Below, piece after piece: positions 48,786-61,800 of a DNA stretch of 64,000 nt. The notes beneath the pieces were generated by a model, which worked only from the letters and a program-made list of their open reading frames with translations, was not told the origin of the DNA and made no database searches. The DNA is taken from positions 18,118 through 82,117 of the forward strand of contig JBHGNT010000112.1 of the NCBI GenBank assembly GCA_043228905.1. Reading direction: 5' to 3'. The translations under genes were made by a program, and so were the position numbers. Every line of letters begins with the position of its first letter. Positions within the stretch are counted from its first letter, which is position 1. Origin of the DNA: Azolla caroliniana (taxonomy: Eukaryota; Plantae; Polypodiophyta).

Positions 48786-51700
48786 TCAACGTGGTTGTTG
48801 CAACTGTGAACAGGATGCCTAAGAGAGGTTAATTTGCGCTAGAATGGCTTGAGAGAAAGCGTCTCTCTTCAATTCCTCACATATAGTATCGATAATGCAA
48901 GAATCCAATGGAGTGTCAAAAACCCACATTGCTTGCAGTTGTGCCGGTCCAAGGATTGCTTGCTTTTGATTATCGAATGCTAGATCACCGGGACAAGGTG
49001 CTAGATACGAGCGTCACAATAATGCATCTACCTTCCCTTGATGCTTCCCAGGATGATATGTAATTTTAAAGTTGAAATGAGTGAGGAATTGGGCCCACTA
49101 AGCTTGTCATCGATTTAATACATGCGCATTTTGGAAGCAGGCAAGATTTTTGTGATCACTGAATACGGTGACTTAATGAGAAGATCCCTCTAAAAAGTTC
49201 CTCCATTGTGCAAAAGAGTCCACTATTACTCGTAATTGATTTCAGAGGCTTCAAACTTGCGTGTGTGGAAAACCACAGGATGTAGTTTTTCATCATCGCC
49301 TTGTTGTGACAGAATGCTACCAAGGGCGAAATCCGATGCGCCTACCTCAATGATGAACGGTTTTTTCGGATCAATGTGACCTAGAATAGGAGTTGATGTA
49401 AATGCTTTCTTAAGACTCACAAAAGAGATGTCCGCTTCCTTAGACCAAACAAACGATTGCCCCTTCTTGGTAAGTTGTGTGAGAGGCAAAATAAGCTTTG
49501 GGTAGTCTTGTATAAACTTGCGGTAGAAATTTGCGAAACCTAATAAACATTGCACATCTCGCATCGCAACAAACGTGGAGTCTGCCACTCTACCACAGTT
49601 TTGACCTTAGCTGGATCCATAGAGATGCCTTCCGATGAGATGACATAACCTAGAAATTCCACCTGGTTGCACCCAAAACTACATTTTTCCCGTTTTGCAT
49701 AAAGACCATGTTCTCGAAGTCGTTTTAGTACTAATAGTACCCGAGAATCATGCTCTTCTTGAGTCTTCAAATAAAGTAGTAGATTATCAAACAAATCTGC
49801 AAGGGATCTCAGAATATATCATTTACCATGTGTTGAAAGATTGTTGGCACATTCGTGAGACCGAATGGCATAACTGTATACTCGAAGTGCCTATATCGGG
49901 TGCGAAACATGGTCTTCCAATCATCTCCCGGTCGGATCCGTATGAGGTTATATGCTCCACGTAAGTCAATCTTTGTGAAGAACTTTGCACCATTAATGCT
50001 TTCTAAAAGACTCGAGATAAGGGGAAGTGCATACATATTTCTGATGGTGACCTTATTCAAGCCACGGTGTCATGCCTTTCAGCTCCGGATCGTTGCGTGA
50101 GTCGGGTGGGAACCACTGAGGTTTTGGAGTAGGAGAAAGAAGAATATGAGATAAGGCTAGTAATAAAAGGTAGAAAGAGAGGTAAGCTATGAATTTCGTG
50201 AATCCCACGAGTTTAGTGTATTTAATCAATATTTAGATAGTAAGAGACAATTTAGATGACAAATTCGTGAATCCCACGAATATATTTTATTGGTCAATCC
50301 TTGTAAAAATAATCAACAATCCCCCATACATCTTTCTCTCCTCCTTATATAAGGATGGAAGAGGCTAAACATAGCTTCATGCTTCATGCACACTAAATGT
50401 GCATGAGTTTATTTTTACACTATGCTTTTATTTCCTAAATATAGTGCTTATCCTTGTAAAAATAATCAACAACCCCCCATACATCTTTCTCTCCTCCTTA
50501 TATAAGGATGGAAGAGGCTAAGCATAGCTTCATGCTTCATGCACACTAAATGTGCATGAGTTTATTTTTACACTATGCTTTTATTTCCTAAATATAGTGC
50601 TTATGCTCGCTAGATGTGCATGAGTAATTTTTTATTGATGTACATTTTTCTTATAAATAAAGTATTCACACATTCTAAAAATGCATGACTTACCTTTTAA
50701 TAAAGGTAGGTGTAAATAAAGGTCTTATACATATTAAATCGATATTTGAATACTTAGGATAAGTTAGTACAATGGTAAGGTTGGGGTTTGTCTATGTGGA
50801 GGTATAGGGTTCCAATCTTCCCTTATGCACATAACAATATTTTCTTCTATTTACAAATTTGCCACTTCATCCGGTGAGAGACTCTCACCGGCCTTCTTTT
50901 TCTGGCTCTTGCCGGTTCTACTTGATCCGGTTCTTATCGGGTCTCCTTACCAGTCCCTCCTTCATCCGGTTCTCCTTACCGGGTCCTCCTTCATCCGGTT
51001 CTCACCGGTTTTCCTTACCGGTTCCTCCTTTCCGGTTCCTCCATCTGGTTCTCATCGGTTCTCCTTACCGGTTCCTCCTTGTCCCATCCAGAGGGACCAA
51101 AATGCAATTTTCACGTAGTGTGCGAATTACACTACAACAACGGTAATCCACGACGAGACGAAGTGATCCATTCTTTTTCTTGACAACGAAAATGGGTGCG
51201 TCGGTTGGAGGTTTCAAATGTCGAATGAAACCGTTTGCCAAATTCTCCTCTATGTAGGCTCGAAGGACTTTTAGCTTGGTTGGTGACAAGTTGTAGATCA
51301 GTCCCCATGGTGGATCTTCTTCTGGTTGTAAGTCAATGGGACAATCATATGGTTGGTGGTGAGAAAAAGTACTAGGTTGTACCTTATCAAACACGTCAAC
51401 ACAATGATGACACTTCTTTGGAAGTTGAACTATGGATTCCTCTTTAGTGGTGTTGGAAGGTTTTATTGATACTATGAATACAAACATTTGATTCATTGCA
51501 ATCTTCCTCACACAATTGATGTAGCAAAATGGTTGAGATTCCATGAGTAGGTCCTTGGCTTTGTCGATACCGGATTTCTCTTGTTCTCCAATCTATGTCT
51601 GGGTTATGTAATTTGAACCATGGTAACCCCAAGACAATTGGGTGCTCTGGACTACTAATTATATTAAATGATATTATACACACCAAATTATCTAGGACAA

Positions 51701-52150
51701 CCTGAATCGGCTTTGACTCTTCTACGATATTTTCGGAATCAATGGGGCGACCATCAACGACTACTACAAATGCTAGGCAAGGAAGCTTTCATAGGGATAT
51801 CTGATGAGCTTGGAAAAAATTCCTATCCAAGCAAGAATTGGCTGCAGATTGTAAGAGTGGTAAGACATGTACTCGAGGGGTACTTTTAGTACTAACTATT
51901 ACTCGAGCTAAGAACACATTGCTAACTTGCTTAGAGGGAATGGAGCCACTAATGGGTTGCACATATCTAGGGCTATCAAACCAAACGACCCCTTTTTTGG
52001 CTGGACGTAGTTGTTCAACTTTTCTTCTAACTAACTAAGGACTTCAAATTTCCTCAATAGACTTGGGCTATTAGTACTATTAGGACTATCAGACACTCCT
52101 ACTAAAATAGACTCGGGTTTAGTACAAGCTACAACTTGATTTACCTGCCT
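48786..52150 (-). mobile_element. Tcn1/sushi-like gypsy fragment (gag end, protease, RT, RNase H), interrupted at 50068-51139
   Basis: [51 protein letters not shown]. Same family as 58416-63222. Confidence 0.92.
50068..51139 (-). mobile_element. Solo LTR-like insertion with an internal 153-bp tandem duplication (50297-50603)
   Basis: TG...CA ends, ACGG duplicated on both sides (50064-67, 51140-43). Interrupts the gypsy RT at LVVDY|RGLNK. Confidence 0.8.
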
Positions 52151-52153
52151 TCT

Positions 52154-52929
52154 TGTTAGAGTTATGATCTAATGTAAGCGTATGATAAGGATAAAAGATA
52201 TAAGAAATAAGAAAGGTGAGAGAAAGATGCGGGCCAATCCACCCAACCACCCCCGAGCGAAGGGATCGAGATGGACTCGAGCCTCGATCGACGTCCCATA
52301 CCACCACCATGGCGTCAAGTCGTACCTGGTGCTTGCATGCTTGCTACAAGAGTTGACCCACGACAACGTCAAAGTTTCGATGTAGTCAAAAGATGATAAA
52401 ATGAGGGTAGCTAGGCCTCATATTTATAGCAAGACCCAAGGCCCCAGGCAAGCTCAAACTTGGCCTAATGGGTTCTCTCAATCCTGAGTATTAAAAGTAA
52501 TCCTCCCCTTCTTTACAATCTTGTTTAACCCTCACTTTATTCACGTGTATAGAATACTACGGTAAATTCTCACCATGGGATATTATATGGTAATGCCCAT
52601 AATATACTCCCCCCCCTCTTTAAAACATTGCAGTCTCGCAATGGAAAGTTAGGGAAGTTAGTTCTAAGAGTATTTTCACGTAGATTTATCTATCCATTTA
52701 ATTTTAAATTCTCGTATTATTTTAGTCGCAAATTTTTTGTTTTAACATCGTGAATTCTTTCTGGTACATGTGGTTTAGAAGATAATTCTTCAGAAGTAAC
52801 TAGAGTTTCAGTTGTAAATGTATTGTTGCCAAAACCTAAAAGTTCTTTTAAAAACTAGATGGATTTCAATGCCATTGGGAAGAGCAAGATGATACGCTGA
52901 TGAACCAATGTGTTCGAGGACTTAAAAAG
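52154..52929 (-). mobile_element. LTR (~52154-52604) with PPT and adjacent 3' UTR of an unclassified element
   Basis: Minus-strand PPT AAGAGGGGGGGGAG at ~52607-52620, TATAAATA at ~52480, plus-strand end TGTTAG at 52154. Confidence 0.6.
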
Positions 52930-55900
52930 CGTAAAAGAATAGCATGTGTGTGGAAGTGTAACAGACACAACCCTGTAACACAGATGATGAAGAGAAGGTT
53001 TAATGGAAAGCTTTGAACACAACACAACGTATGCAAGAGAGACAGAGAATGAGAGAGAGAGTGAGCAGAATACACAAAACTTAGATTCAAAAATAACTCT
53101 CAGTCACTCTATACAAGATGCGCTCAATCGGTGCTTTTTATACAAGTCTTGATGGATAGACAGAAGTATTGTCAGAGTAATGACACATAAATCAATTCTC
53201 ATTAATGAGCTTCCTACACTAACTCCCAAAATTATTCCTTACGAGGAATAATGCTCTAACGGCCTCTCGGCTTACGCACCATTACGGCCTTTGTGCGTAT
53301 GGTTTTACGCAACCAGTCTACGCACTGGGTTACACACCCGTTTACGCACCCAATGTTGAGCTTGTATTTAACACTCCCCCTGAAGCTTAACTTGAGGTTC
53401 TGCTTGCTCTTCCAGATCTTCTCCTAGCTTCACGCCTCGCACGCACTCCTCGACCCATTCGATTTTTCGCGCCTCGACCCTTCTGGTCGGCTTGTCTACT
53501 TGTGTGGCCTTTCTTAGCTCCCTTGCTGTCACGGTGTTGGCGCTTCTTTCGCTGCCCTTTCCTCCCCTTGGCCCTCAGTTGATTCGGCATGTCCGAATCA
53601 AACATTTCGATTGAATCGGTCACTTCCGATTCATTTCCGCTTACTTCTGAATTGGCTATCTCCAATTCATCTTCACTCTTTAGGCCTTTGACAATGTCAG
53701 ACCACGTCTTGGTCTTGGCCTTATCGCCCCCCTTTTCGGTTGTCTTTGGCTCTTCCCTGCGGTTACGGCCCCTGTACTCATCTTTGGCCTTTTTAACTGA
53801 CCCGAAATCGAATTCTTCATCCGACTCGGCATCGCGGTGATCACTACCACTCCTTTCAAGCTTACGCTCTCGTTCTTGTCTCCCCCTAAAGTTCAGGTGG
53901 CGTAACCCAAGCGCATCTGAGAATTGACGTAACTTGTCGAGACCTAGCGGCTTGGTGAATACGTGGGCAATCTGCCGACCTGTCGGAACATACACTAGTT
54001 CGACTTCACCGGAAAGGAAACGCTCACGGACAAAATGGTAATGCACCTCAGTGTGCTTGGTCCGAGCATGAAATACGGGGTTTTTCACAAGTTGGATGTT
54101 GCTGAGGTTGTCGCAATAGATCGTCGTCGGAGCGGACACCTTCACATGCAGATCCCGTAATAGCCATTTTAGCCAAATGACTTTGCACATAGCAACAATC
54201 GCCCCTCGATATTTGGCCTTCGTGCTCAACAATGCTCCTGTTAGCTGCTTCTTACTGCTCCACGCGATCGCCGCACATTCCATTGACAATATGTATCCAG
54301 ATGTGGATCTACGATCGTTGGCATTTCTGGCCCAATCCGCATCCGTGTAGCCAACTAACTGTTCGACTACGCCTGCCCGACACAACAACACCATGTCTTT
54401 AGTGTTGTTGACATATCGCAGTATCCTTTGCACACACTAAAAGGTTCGGTCGTGGGTTGCAGCATAAATTGACTGATGAGGCCGACCAGGTAGCTGAGAT
54501 CCGGTCGAGTGATCGTCAAATAGATTAGGCTTCCGACAATTTGTCGGAACCGTGTTGGGTCGCACACCTTTCTCAAATCTTGGCGAAGCTTGACGTTTCT
54601 ATCCAGAGGGGTCGAGACAGGCTTACAATATTTAGCATATTTAGCGCGTAATGACATTGGCTGATCAATATGACTTCCGGGTGCGGATCACTTCGATCCC
54701 AAGGAAGCAATGAAGGTCTCCAAGATCCTTCATGTCAAATGATGCCGCAAGCTGAAACTTTACGCGACCGATTTCATCTAGATCGACACCGACGATGACT
54801 AAATCATCAACATAAAGTAAAAGAAAAACTAGTCCATATCAACCTTGCCGAACGAACAATGAAGAGTCCGATTTCGATGGCGCAAACCCCATCTTACACA
54901 ACCGTTGTGTAATCTTCACATTCCAAACTCGCGGGGCTTGCTATAAGTTCATATAACGACTTCTTCAATCGGCACACTGCCGAAGTGTTATGTTCGGATA
55001 AGAATCCGGGGGGTTGTACCATGTACACCTGCTCCTCAAGGTCACCTTGCAGGACCGCATTCTTCACATCCATCTGATGTAGATGCCACCGCTTCGCCGC
55101 TGCTACGGCTAGCAGAACACGCATGGTGGTAATCTTCGCGATCGGCGCGAAGATCTCTTCATAATCCACGTCGTGCTTCTGCACGTAGCCTTTCACCACT
55201 AATCAGGCCTTGTAGCGGTTGACAGAGGCGTCGGTGTTGTACTTGACCTTATACACCCATCTGCATACGATTGGCTTCACACCCTTCAGTGCGTCAACCA
55301 GGTCCGAAGTCTTGTTATCCGATAACTCACGCATCTCTTCCTCCATCGCGGCATGCTAGTTTGCGTCTTCCATCGCTTTTACGTAGCTCTCCAGCTCATG
55401 CACTTCCGCCACTCGCGTCATGTACGCATAATGGTGTGCCATGTACTCATTATACCCATATCTCTTTAAAGGGTTCTTTAGGCAAGTAGATCAGCGTAAT
55501 TCGTGATTAGCCGATTTCGCGACCATCTCGGCCGACTTCAACCTCTTACACAAAGTTTCTTTTTCAATTGGCCCGAAGTCAGGTTCGCTCCAATCTGACT
55601 CGGCACTACCGAACTCGTACTCCAACATCTTCTTCTTCCCCCTTCTCTCTACATGTAAACTGTCTCCTCGGTTGCTTACGCAGGGACAACACGGGCGAGT
55701 CTCCACTACTCGCCGGCTCTTCACACGATTGACCATCTCGGCTCAACCCCTCACTCGGCCCACTTAGCCGAAAAGAGATCGGACTCTCTCCTAGAGCTTC
55801 GATTTCCTAAATCGCACGAAGGCATCTCAACCTCGTTGACCTCTTCTTCAGAATTCGGAGTGGAGTCATTGGATACTGGGGTCAAAGACAAGTACCACGA

Positions 55901-57539
55901 AACGGACTTGTCGAACACGACATCTCGACTTACGCGATCTTGTTTGGTTCGGGGATTATAACACTTATAACCCTTATGTTCCTCCGAGTACCCAACCAGG
56001 ATACACTTCTCGACTTTGGCGTCCAACTTCCTCCGTGTCTCCTTCAGCACATGCACATACGCTATGCTACCGAAAACCTTCAAGTGTGCCAAGTTCGGCT
56101 TTTTGCCGAAGTACAACTCATTTGGTGACACTCCTCCATTGGCAAAAGTCTGATTCTATAGGTAGACAACTGTTCTGACCGCTTTCGCCCAATAGAACTT
56201 CGGCAAATGCTTCTCTTCAAGCATCGCCCTTGTCGCCTCTTCGATTGTCTAATTCTTCCGATCGGCCACGCCGTTCTGCTACGGTGTGTATCTACACAAG
56301 AATTCACATCAATTCCTTCTGCAGATAACTCGTGAACTAGTCGGCGAAGTACTCCTTCCCGCTATCGGACCGTAGGCACTTGATCTTACGCCCAATTTCC
56401 CTTTCCTCAAGGCTCTTTACCTTCACGAAACACGCCAAGTCTTCGCTCTTTTTCCCGATCAAGCACACCCAAGTGTGCTAAGAGAAGTCATCGATGAAAG
56501 TCACGAAATATCGGCTTCCACGGAGACTCACGTTCTGTGTCGGTCCCCATACATCCGAATGGATCACATCGAGTGTATTTCGACTCCGGTTATGCTCATT
56601 GGGGAATGGAAGTCAGTGATGTTTTCCCAACAGGCAAGCTTCGCAAACTTGCCCCTTTTGGCCACTGAATTTCGGCAAGCCGAAAATGATGTTTTCCATT
56701 TGCATTTCTCGTAGCTTCGGGAAATTGACGTGGCCGAACCGCTTGTGCCACAGGTCGATATTTGATTCGACCTTTTGTCCTTTCACGAAGATAACGGTGC
56801 CTACGTCATTGGTCTCGAGGATAAACATCCTCCCTTCACGGTGCCCTTGCGTGATTATCTTGCCTTCCTCTCCTATGAAGCACCTGTGATGTGTGAATCG
56901 AACTTGCATCCCCTGGTCAACAATTTGGCCAACCCACACCAGGTTCTTGGTTATTGTTGGGACGTGTAGCACGTTCATGAGCTTCCCTTTTTGTCCAACG
57001 TGACTGAGGGGAACTTCACCAACATGTTTAATGGTATGCAGAGTGTCGTCTCCTGTTTCGACCACTCCTTGCTTTTCCGGTTTCTCCAAGTATGAGAACC
57101 ATTCCTCGTGACTCGTTATATGATTTGACGCTTCAGAGTCAATATACCACACCTCGTTTGCCCTCGAGGTGTTCATGGCCATTGAATTAGCCTTGTGCTT
57201 CATTACAAAGGTTGGGCCCGATCCATTTCCGGCTCATTTGGAGCCTTTCGCATAGTGTGACCTTTGACGCCTCTCTACGTCTCTTCGCCTCGATCCAGCT
57301 TTGTCGGAATCGGCTCGTTTCTTCCAGCACTCGCTCTCCCTGTGGCCTTTCTTGCCACACTACTAGCAATCTGTTGCGGCCTTCTCTTGCCGGTTTCCCC
57401 TTGCTTCCGGCATTTTGATTATGCCGCACGTTCTACTCTTTTCGGCTACCTCCATCACGCGTCGATTCACCACGTGGCCTATCTTCCTCCATGTATAGCA
57501 TTTTTCTTTCGGTGTTGTCGTGATGTTTTTGACACATAG
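52930..57539 (-). mobile_element. Copia family B-related element, 5'-truncated, with 3' LTR ~52930-53373
   Basis: Zinc knuckle, WYIDSEASNH, LWHKRFGH, integrase, MDVKNAVLQG, YTDADW RNase H. Minus-strand PPT CAGGGGGAG at 53374-53382. Confidence 0.92.
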
Positions 57540-58415
57540 TGTGAAACCACCATTAAAAGAGAATAAAAATAGTAGTCCAAATAAACTAATGTTGTTAAGT
57601 CAACTATAGTAATAAATGAAAGGATAAAAAGTTAGAAGAGGTTCTCAAAAGTAGAGAAAAAGATGGGGAGAAAAGAAGAAGAAGCACGCGTGGATATGAA
57701 GAGGACACTAGAGAAAAAAGCTCATAATTTCCTCGTTAGATGTCCAAATTAGAAAAGAAAAGATGCATAAGAAAGCTAACCCAAAGAGCTTTCCAAGATT
57801 ATCTTGAATGTGAAATTGGAGGCTAGAAAACAGAAATAGTGAGAAAAAGAAAAGTCGACTCATATAGACAAGCTTTTTTAGGGGAAAAAGGCATTCGAAA
57901 CTCTAACTCTCATGTGTGTAAGTAAGCCTTTTCCATGTGTGTCCGTGTGTAAGCCTTCCTCACGTGCATTTGTTCACCTTGCGACAAGGGGTTTCTTCGG
58001 GCTTGCCCATGCACCTCTCCTTTTCACAAACACGTTCAAACACTTGTGCCTTGTTTGTGTAAGCCTTCCTTGTGTTGTGGTTGTGAGCCCTATTTCCTTC
58101 CCGTCCATAACCCCAACGGTTCCGCCTCACGATCCACACATAGTGATGGATTTTCACGACATATGTAAGTGGTGAACCCAACGCGAAGAGGTGGTAGGAA
58201 GGATCAAGTGCTTGAAATAGAAGATTAGAAGATGGCTTTTCGTCAAACACCCAAGAAGATGAACTGACAAAGTTGGTGGCTATTGTCGAGCATATGATGA
58301 GAGAGCATATGATGAGAGCTCGAGATAATGATGCAAGCTTAGACAAGGTCATCTGCCGAATTGTTGAGATAGCGGGCGAATTTGGTGGAAGAAACATTAC
58401 AGATTTTCTCGCTAG
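57540..58415 (+). mobile_element. 5' end of a gypsy-type element: LTR (~57540-58165), tRNA-Trp-like PBS (58170-58186) and gag start, cut by the chromovirus insertion
   Basis: TGTGAA start. TGGTGAACCCAACGCGA is two transitions from the complement of the plant tRNA-Trp 3' end as recalled (TGGTGAACCCGACGTGA). Gag-like GEFGGRNITDFL. Confidence 0.6.
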
Positions 58416-58431
58416 TGTCATGATATGGCAA

Positions 58432-58485
58432 GACTTGAACCCATGACCTTATGTTATATGGGTTGAGCTCTTAACCATTACACTA
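58432..58485 (-). promoter_or_regulatory. tRNA-like Pol III A-box/B-box pair, antisense in LTR U3 (second copy 29391-29443)
   Basis: Minus strand TAGTGTAATGG-N33-GGTTCAAGTC; second copy TAGCTTAATGG-N32-GGTTCAAATC. Confidence 0.55.
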
Positions 58486-58822
58486 TCTATTATAATAAGT
58501 AAGATATTATTTTTATTTAAGTTTTACTAAACGTATATTCCAGATTTCTCTAGAACATTCTAGAAGCTTCATGACTACTCTTGAGAACATTATAAAAGGA
58601 GGCACAAGGCATTATTTCGAACCAAATCGGTTCAACGCCAGTCTTAAGCCTCCTAGCCTTCCTTGTATATTCTTCTCACATAATATATCGTTGTCATCAT
58701 CATTTTCTCTCCCTCAATCTCTCACTCACTCACTCACTCTCTCTCTCCTTCCTCGAGTGTTCTACATCCTCTATTCCTCTTAGTACTAATTTCTTCTCTG
58801 TCTCAATACTATTCCTGACAGT

Positions 58823-58834
58823 TTGAACCGATTT
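58823..58834 (+). promoter_or_regulatory. Self-priming PBS complementary to the predicted transcript 5' end
   Basis: TTGAACCGATTT is the exact reverse complement of AAATCGGTTCAA (58624-58635), which starts 33 nt after TATAAAA at 58591. Confidence 0.85.
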
Positions 58835-61800
58835 CCCTCCTTCTGTCTCCTCCTTTCCTCCTCTTCCTTTTATCTTCTTACATATCCCCTTTGTTCTAGT
58901 CTTCTTTTCGGTTTCCCTCATCTTCTTCCCCTTTTTTCCCTTCATACTAATCCTCTTATACTCCCTAGTAAAATGGAAATTGTTAGCGCTCAGGAATACC
59001 AATCTGTTTTCTCGGAGCTCCAGTGCTTTAAAGAGAAATTTGTAGCACTAGAATAGGAAAATCACCGTTTGCTGGGGGATCTTCAACAAATAGTGCTAGA
59101 AAAACAACAACACGAGGAGGTGACGTTATGTGTACAACAACTTGAAGCGACTATTGTATCACTACAACAACAAGGATCAAGCACTCAAAGGATTCACAGA
59201 GAACCCTAGATCGGTCTTCCTGCAAAATTTGATGGGACCCGATCACAGTTTAGAAGTTTTCTAAATCAGGTACGTGTAGTGATTCAAATGCATCCTTCTA
59301 GATATCCCACCGATGCATCATGAGTGGGACTAGTAGGCACTCTACTTAGTGGCTCCGCATTGGCATGGTTCTCTCCATTGGTAGAAAAGGAATCTCCATT
59401 ACTAAACAATTTTGAAGAATTTATAAGTGAGTTTAAAGCCTCTTTTGGAGATACTGATATCATAAGGACCACAATCAACAAAATCCGATGATTACACAAG
59501 GTGATCGTCCAGCCTCCGATTACGGCGCAGATTTCCTCCTACTCGCTGCTGATATCCCTTCAGATGATCAGGCATTGATGGAGCGATTTCATTATGGTTT
59601 ACGCAACAATGTCAAGGATTTACTCTTGACCTTCCCCGAAGAACCAAAGTCATTAACAGACGCAATCAGTCATGCGGTGAAATGCGACAACCGCCTTTTC
59701 GAACGATGTTCATAACGGCAATTCCAGATGTCGAGGGCAAGATCAGAGCCCAGCTATGCCTTACTGGTAGCGAAACCTTTTCCGAGGGAGTCATATAATG
59801 TGTCTCCAGTGACACTACACATCGTCACGGACCATTATCGGATGAAGAAAAGCAGCGACGTCGAGCAAATCGACCATGTCTTTATTGCGGTGGACCAGGG
59901 TATATTGCAGTAAATTGTCCCCATAGGCCAAGAAGACAAGTAAACCAAATAGTTGCTAGTTCTAATTGTACTAAACCCGAGTCAATTTCAATAGGAATAC
60001 CTAATAGTACTAATAGCCCAAATCTAGCGAACAAATTTGATGTCCTTAGTCAGTTAGAAGAAGAGTTAAACAACTAAGTCCAGCAAAAATAGGAGTTGTT
60101 TGGTTGGACAGCCCTAGATCTGTGCAGCCCATTAGTGGTTCCATTCCCTTTAAACAAGTTAGCAATGTGTTCGTAGCTTAAGTAATAGTTAGTACTAAAA
60201 GTACCCCTCCAGTACATGTCTTAGCACTACTAGATTCCAGAGCTAAATCTTGCTTCATGGATAGGAATTTTGCCCAAGCTCATCAGATATCTCTCAGAAA
60301 ACTATTGTGTCCAGCCTCTGTAGTAGTCATTGACGGTCGTCCCGAGGATCTACTCATAAGATTGCAACCGTTTCGCTACATCAATTGCAGGAAGAAGGAA
60401 GAAAGGAATAAATGTTTCTCCTCGCAATATAAGTAAAACCCTCCGACACCACTAAAGAGGAGTCCACCTTTCAACTTCTAAAGAAGTATCATCATTATGC
60501 CAACGTGTTCGATAAAGGACAAGCCAATACGCTTCCTCACCATCGACCGTAAGATTGCCCCATCGATTTACAACCAGGAAAAGAGCCACCATGGGGACCA
60601 ATCTACAATTTGTCACCAACCGAGCTAGAAGTCCTTCGAGCATATATAGAGGAGAATTTGGAAAATGGTTTCATTCGGCATTCGAAATCTCCAGCCAGCT
60701 CACCCATTTTCTTCTTCAAGAAGAAGGATGGATCACTTCGTCTTGTTGTAGATTATCGTGGCTTGAATAAGGTCACCATTAGAAATAGGTATGCACTTCC
60801 CCTTATCTCAAGTCTTTTAGAACGGATCAATGGTGCAAGGTTCTTCACGAAGATCGACTTAGGGGCATATAACCTCATACGGATCCGACCAGGAGATGAA
60901 TGGAAGACCGCGTTTCGCACCAGATATGGGCACGTCGAGTATACAGTCATGCCGTTTGGCCTCACTAATGCGCTAACAGTCTTCCAGCACATGGCAAATG
61001 ATATATTCCGAGATCACTTGAATGTTTGTTTGATCATCTATTTGGATGATCTACTGGTTTATTCGAAGACCCAAGAAGAGCATGATTCTCATCTACTATT
61101 AGTACTAAAATGACTTCGAGAACATGATCTTTATGCAAAGCTGGAAAAATGTAGTTTCGGGTGCAACCAGGTGGAATTTATGGGCTATGTCATCTCCTCG
61201 GAAGGCATCTCCATGGATCCAACTAAGGTCAAAACGGTGGTAGAGTCGAAAACTTCGTGTTCGTTGTGAGATGTGCAATGTTTTTTAGGCTTTGCCAATT
61301 TCTACCGCAAGTTTATACAGGATTACTCAAAGCTTGTTCTGCCTCTCATAAAACTTACTAAGAAGGGACAATCGTTCGTTTGGTCTAAAGAAGCGGACAT
61401 GGCTTTTGAGAATCTTAAGAAGGAATTTACATCGGATCTTATTCTAGCTCACATTGATCCAGAAAAACCATTCATCATGGAAGCGGACACATTGGATTTC
61501 ACATTGGGTAGCACTCTGTCACAACAAGGTAATCATGAAAAGCTACATCCTGTGGCTTTCCAGTCACGCAAGTTGGACGCCGCCGAAATCAACTATGAAA
61601 TTCATGATAAGGAGCTATTAGCAATAGTGGACTCTTTTACGCAATGGAGGCATTTTCTAGAGGGATCCTCTCATCAAGTCACCGTATTCAGTGATCACAA
61701 AAACCTTGCCTACTTTCAGAGTGCTAGTGTGTTAAATCGACGTCAAGCTCGGTGGGCCCAATTCCTCACGCGTTTCGACTTCAAAATTATATATCGTCTG

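Noticed and set aside
58420-58495. Genuine tRNA gene
   Set aside because: A and B boxes are present but acceptor and anticodon stems do not pair convincingly.
60055-60085. Programmed -1 frameshift site between chromovirus gag and pol
   Set aside because: The position is plausible but there is no clean X XXY YYZ heptamer in either decayed copy.
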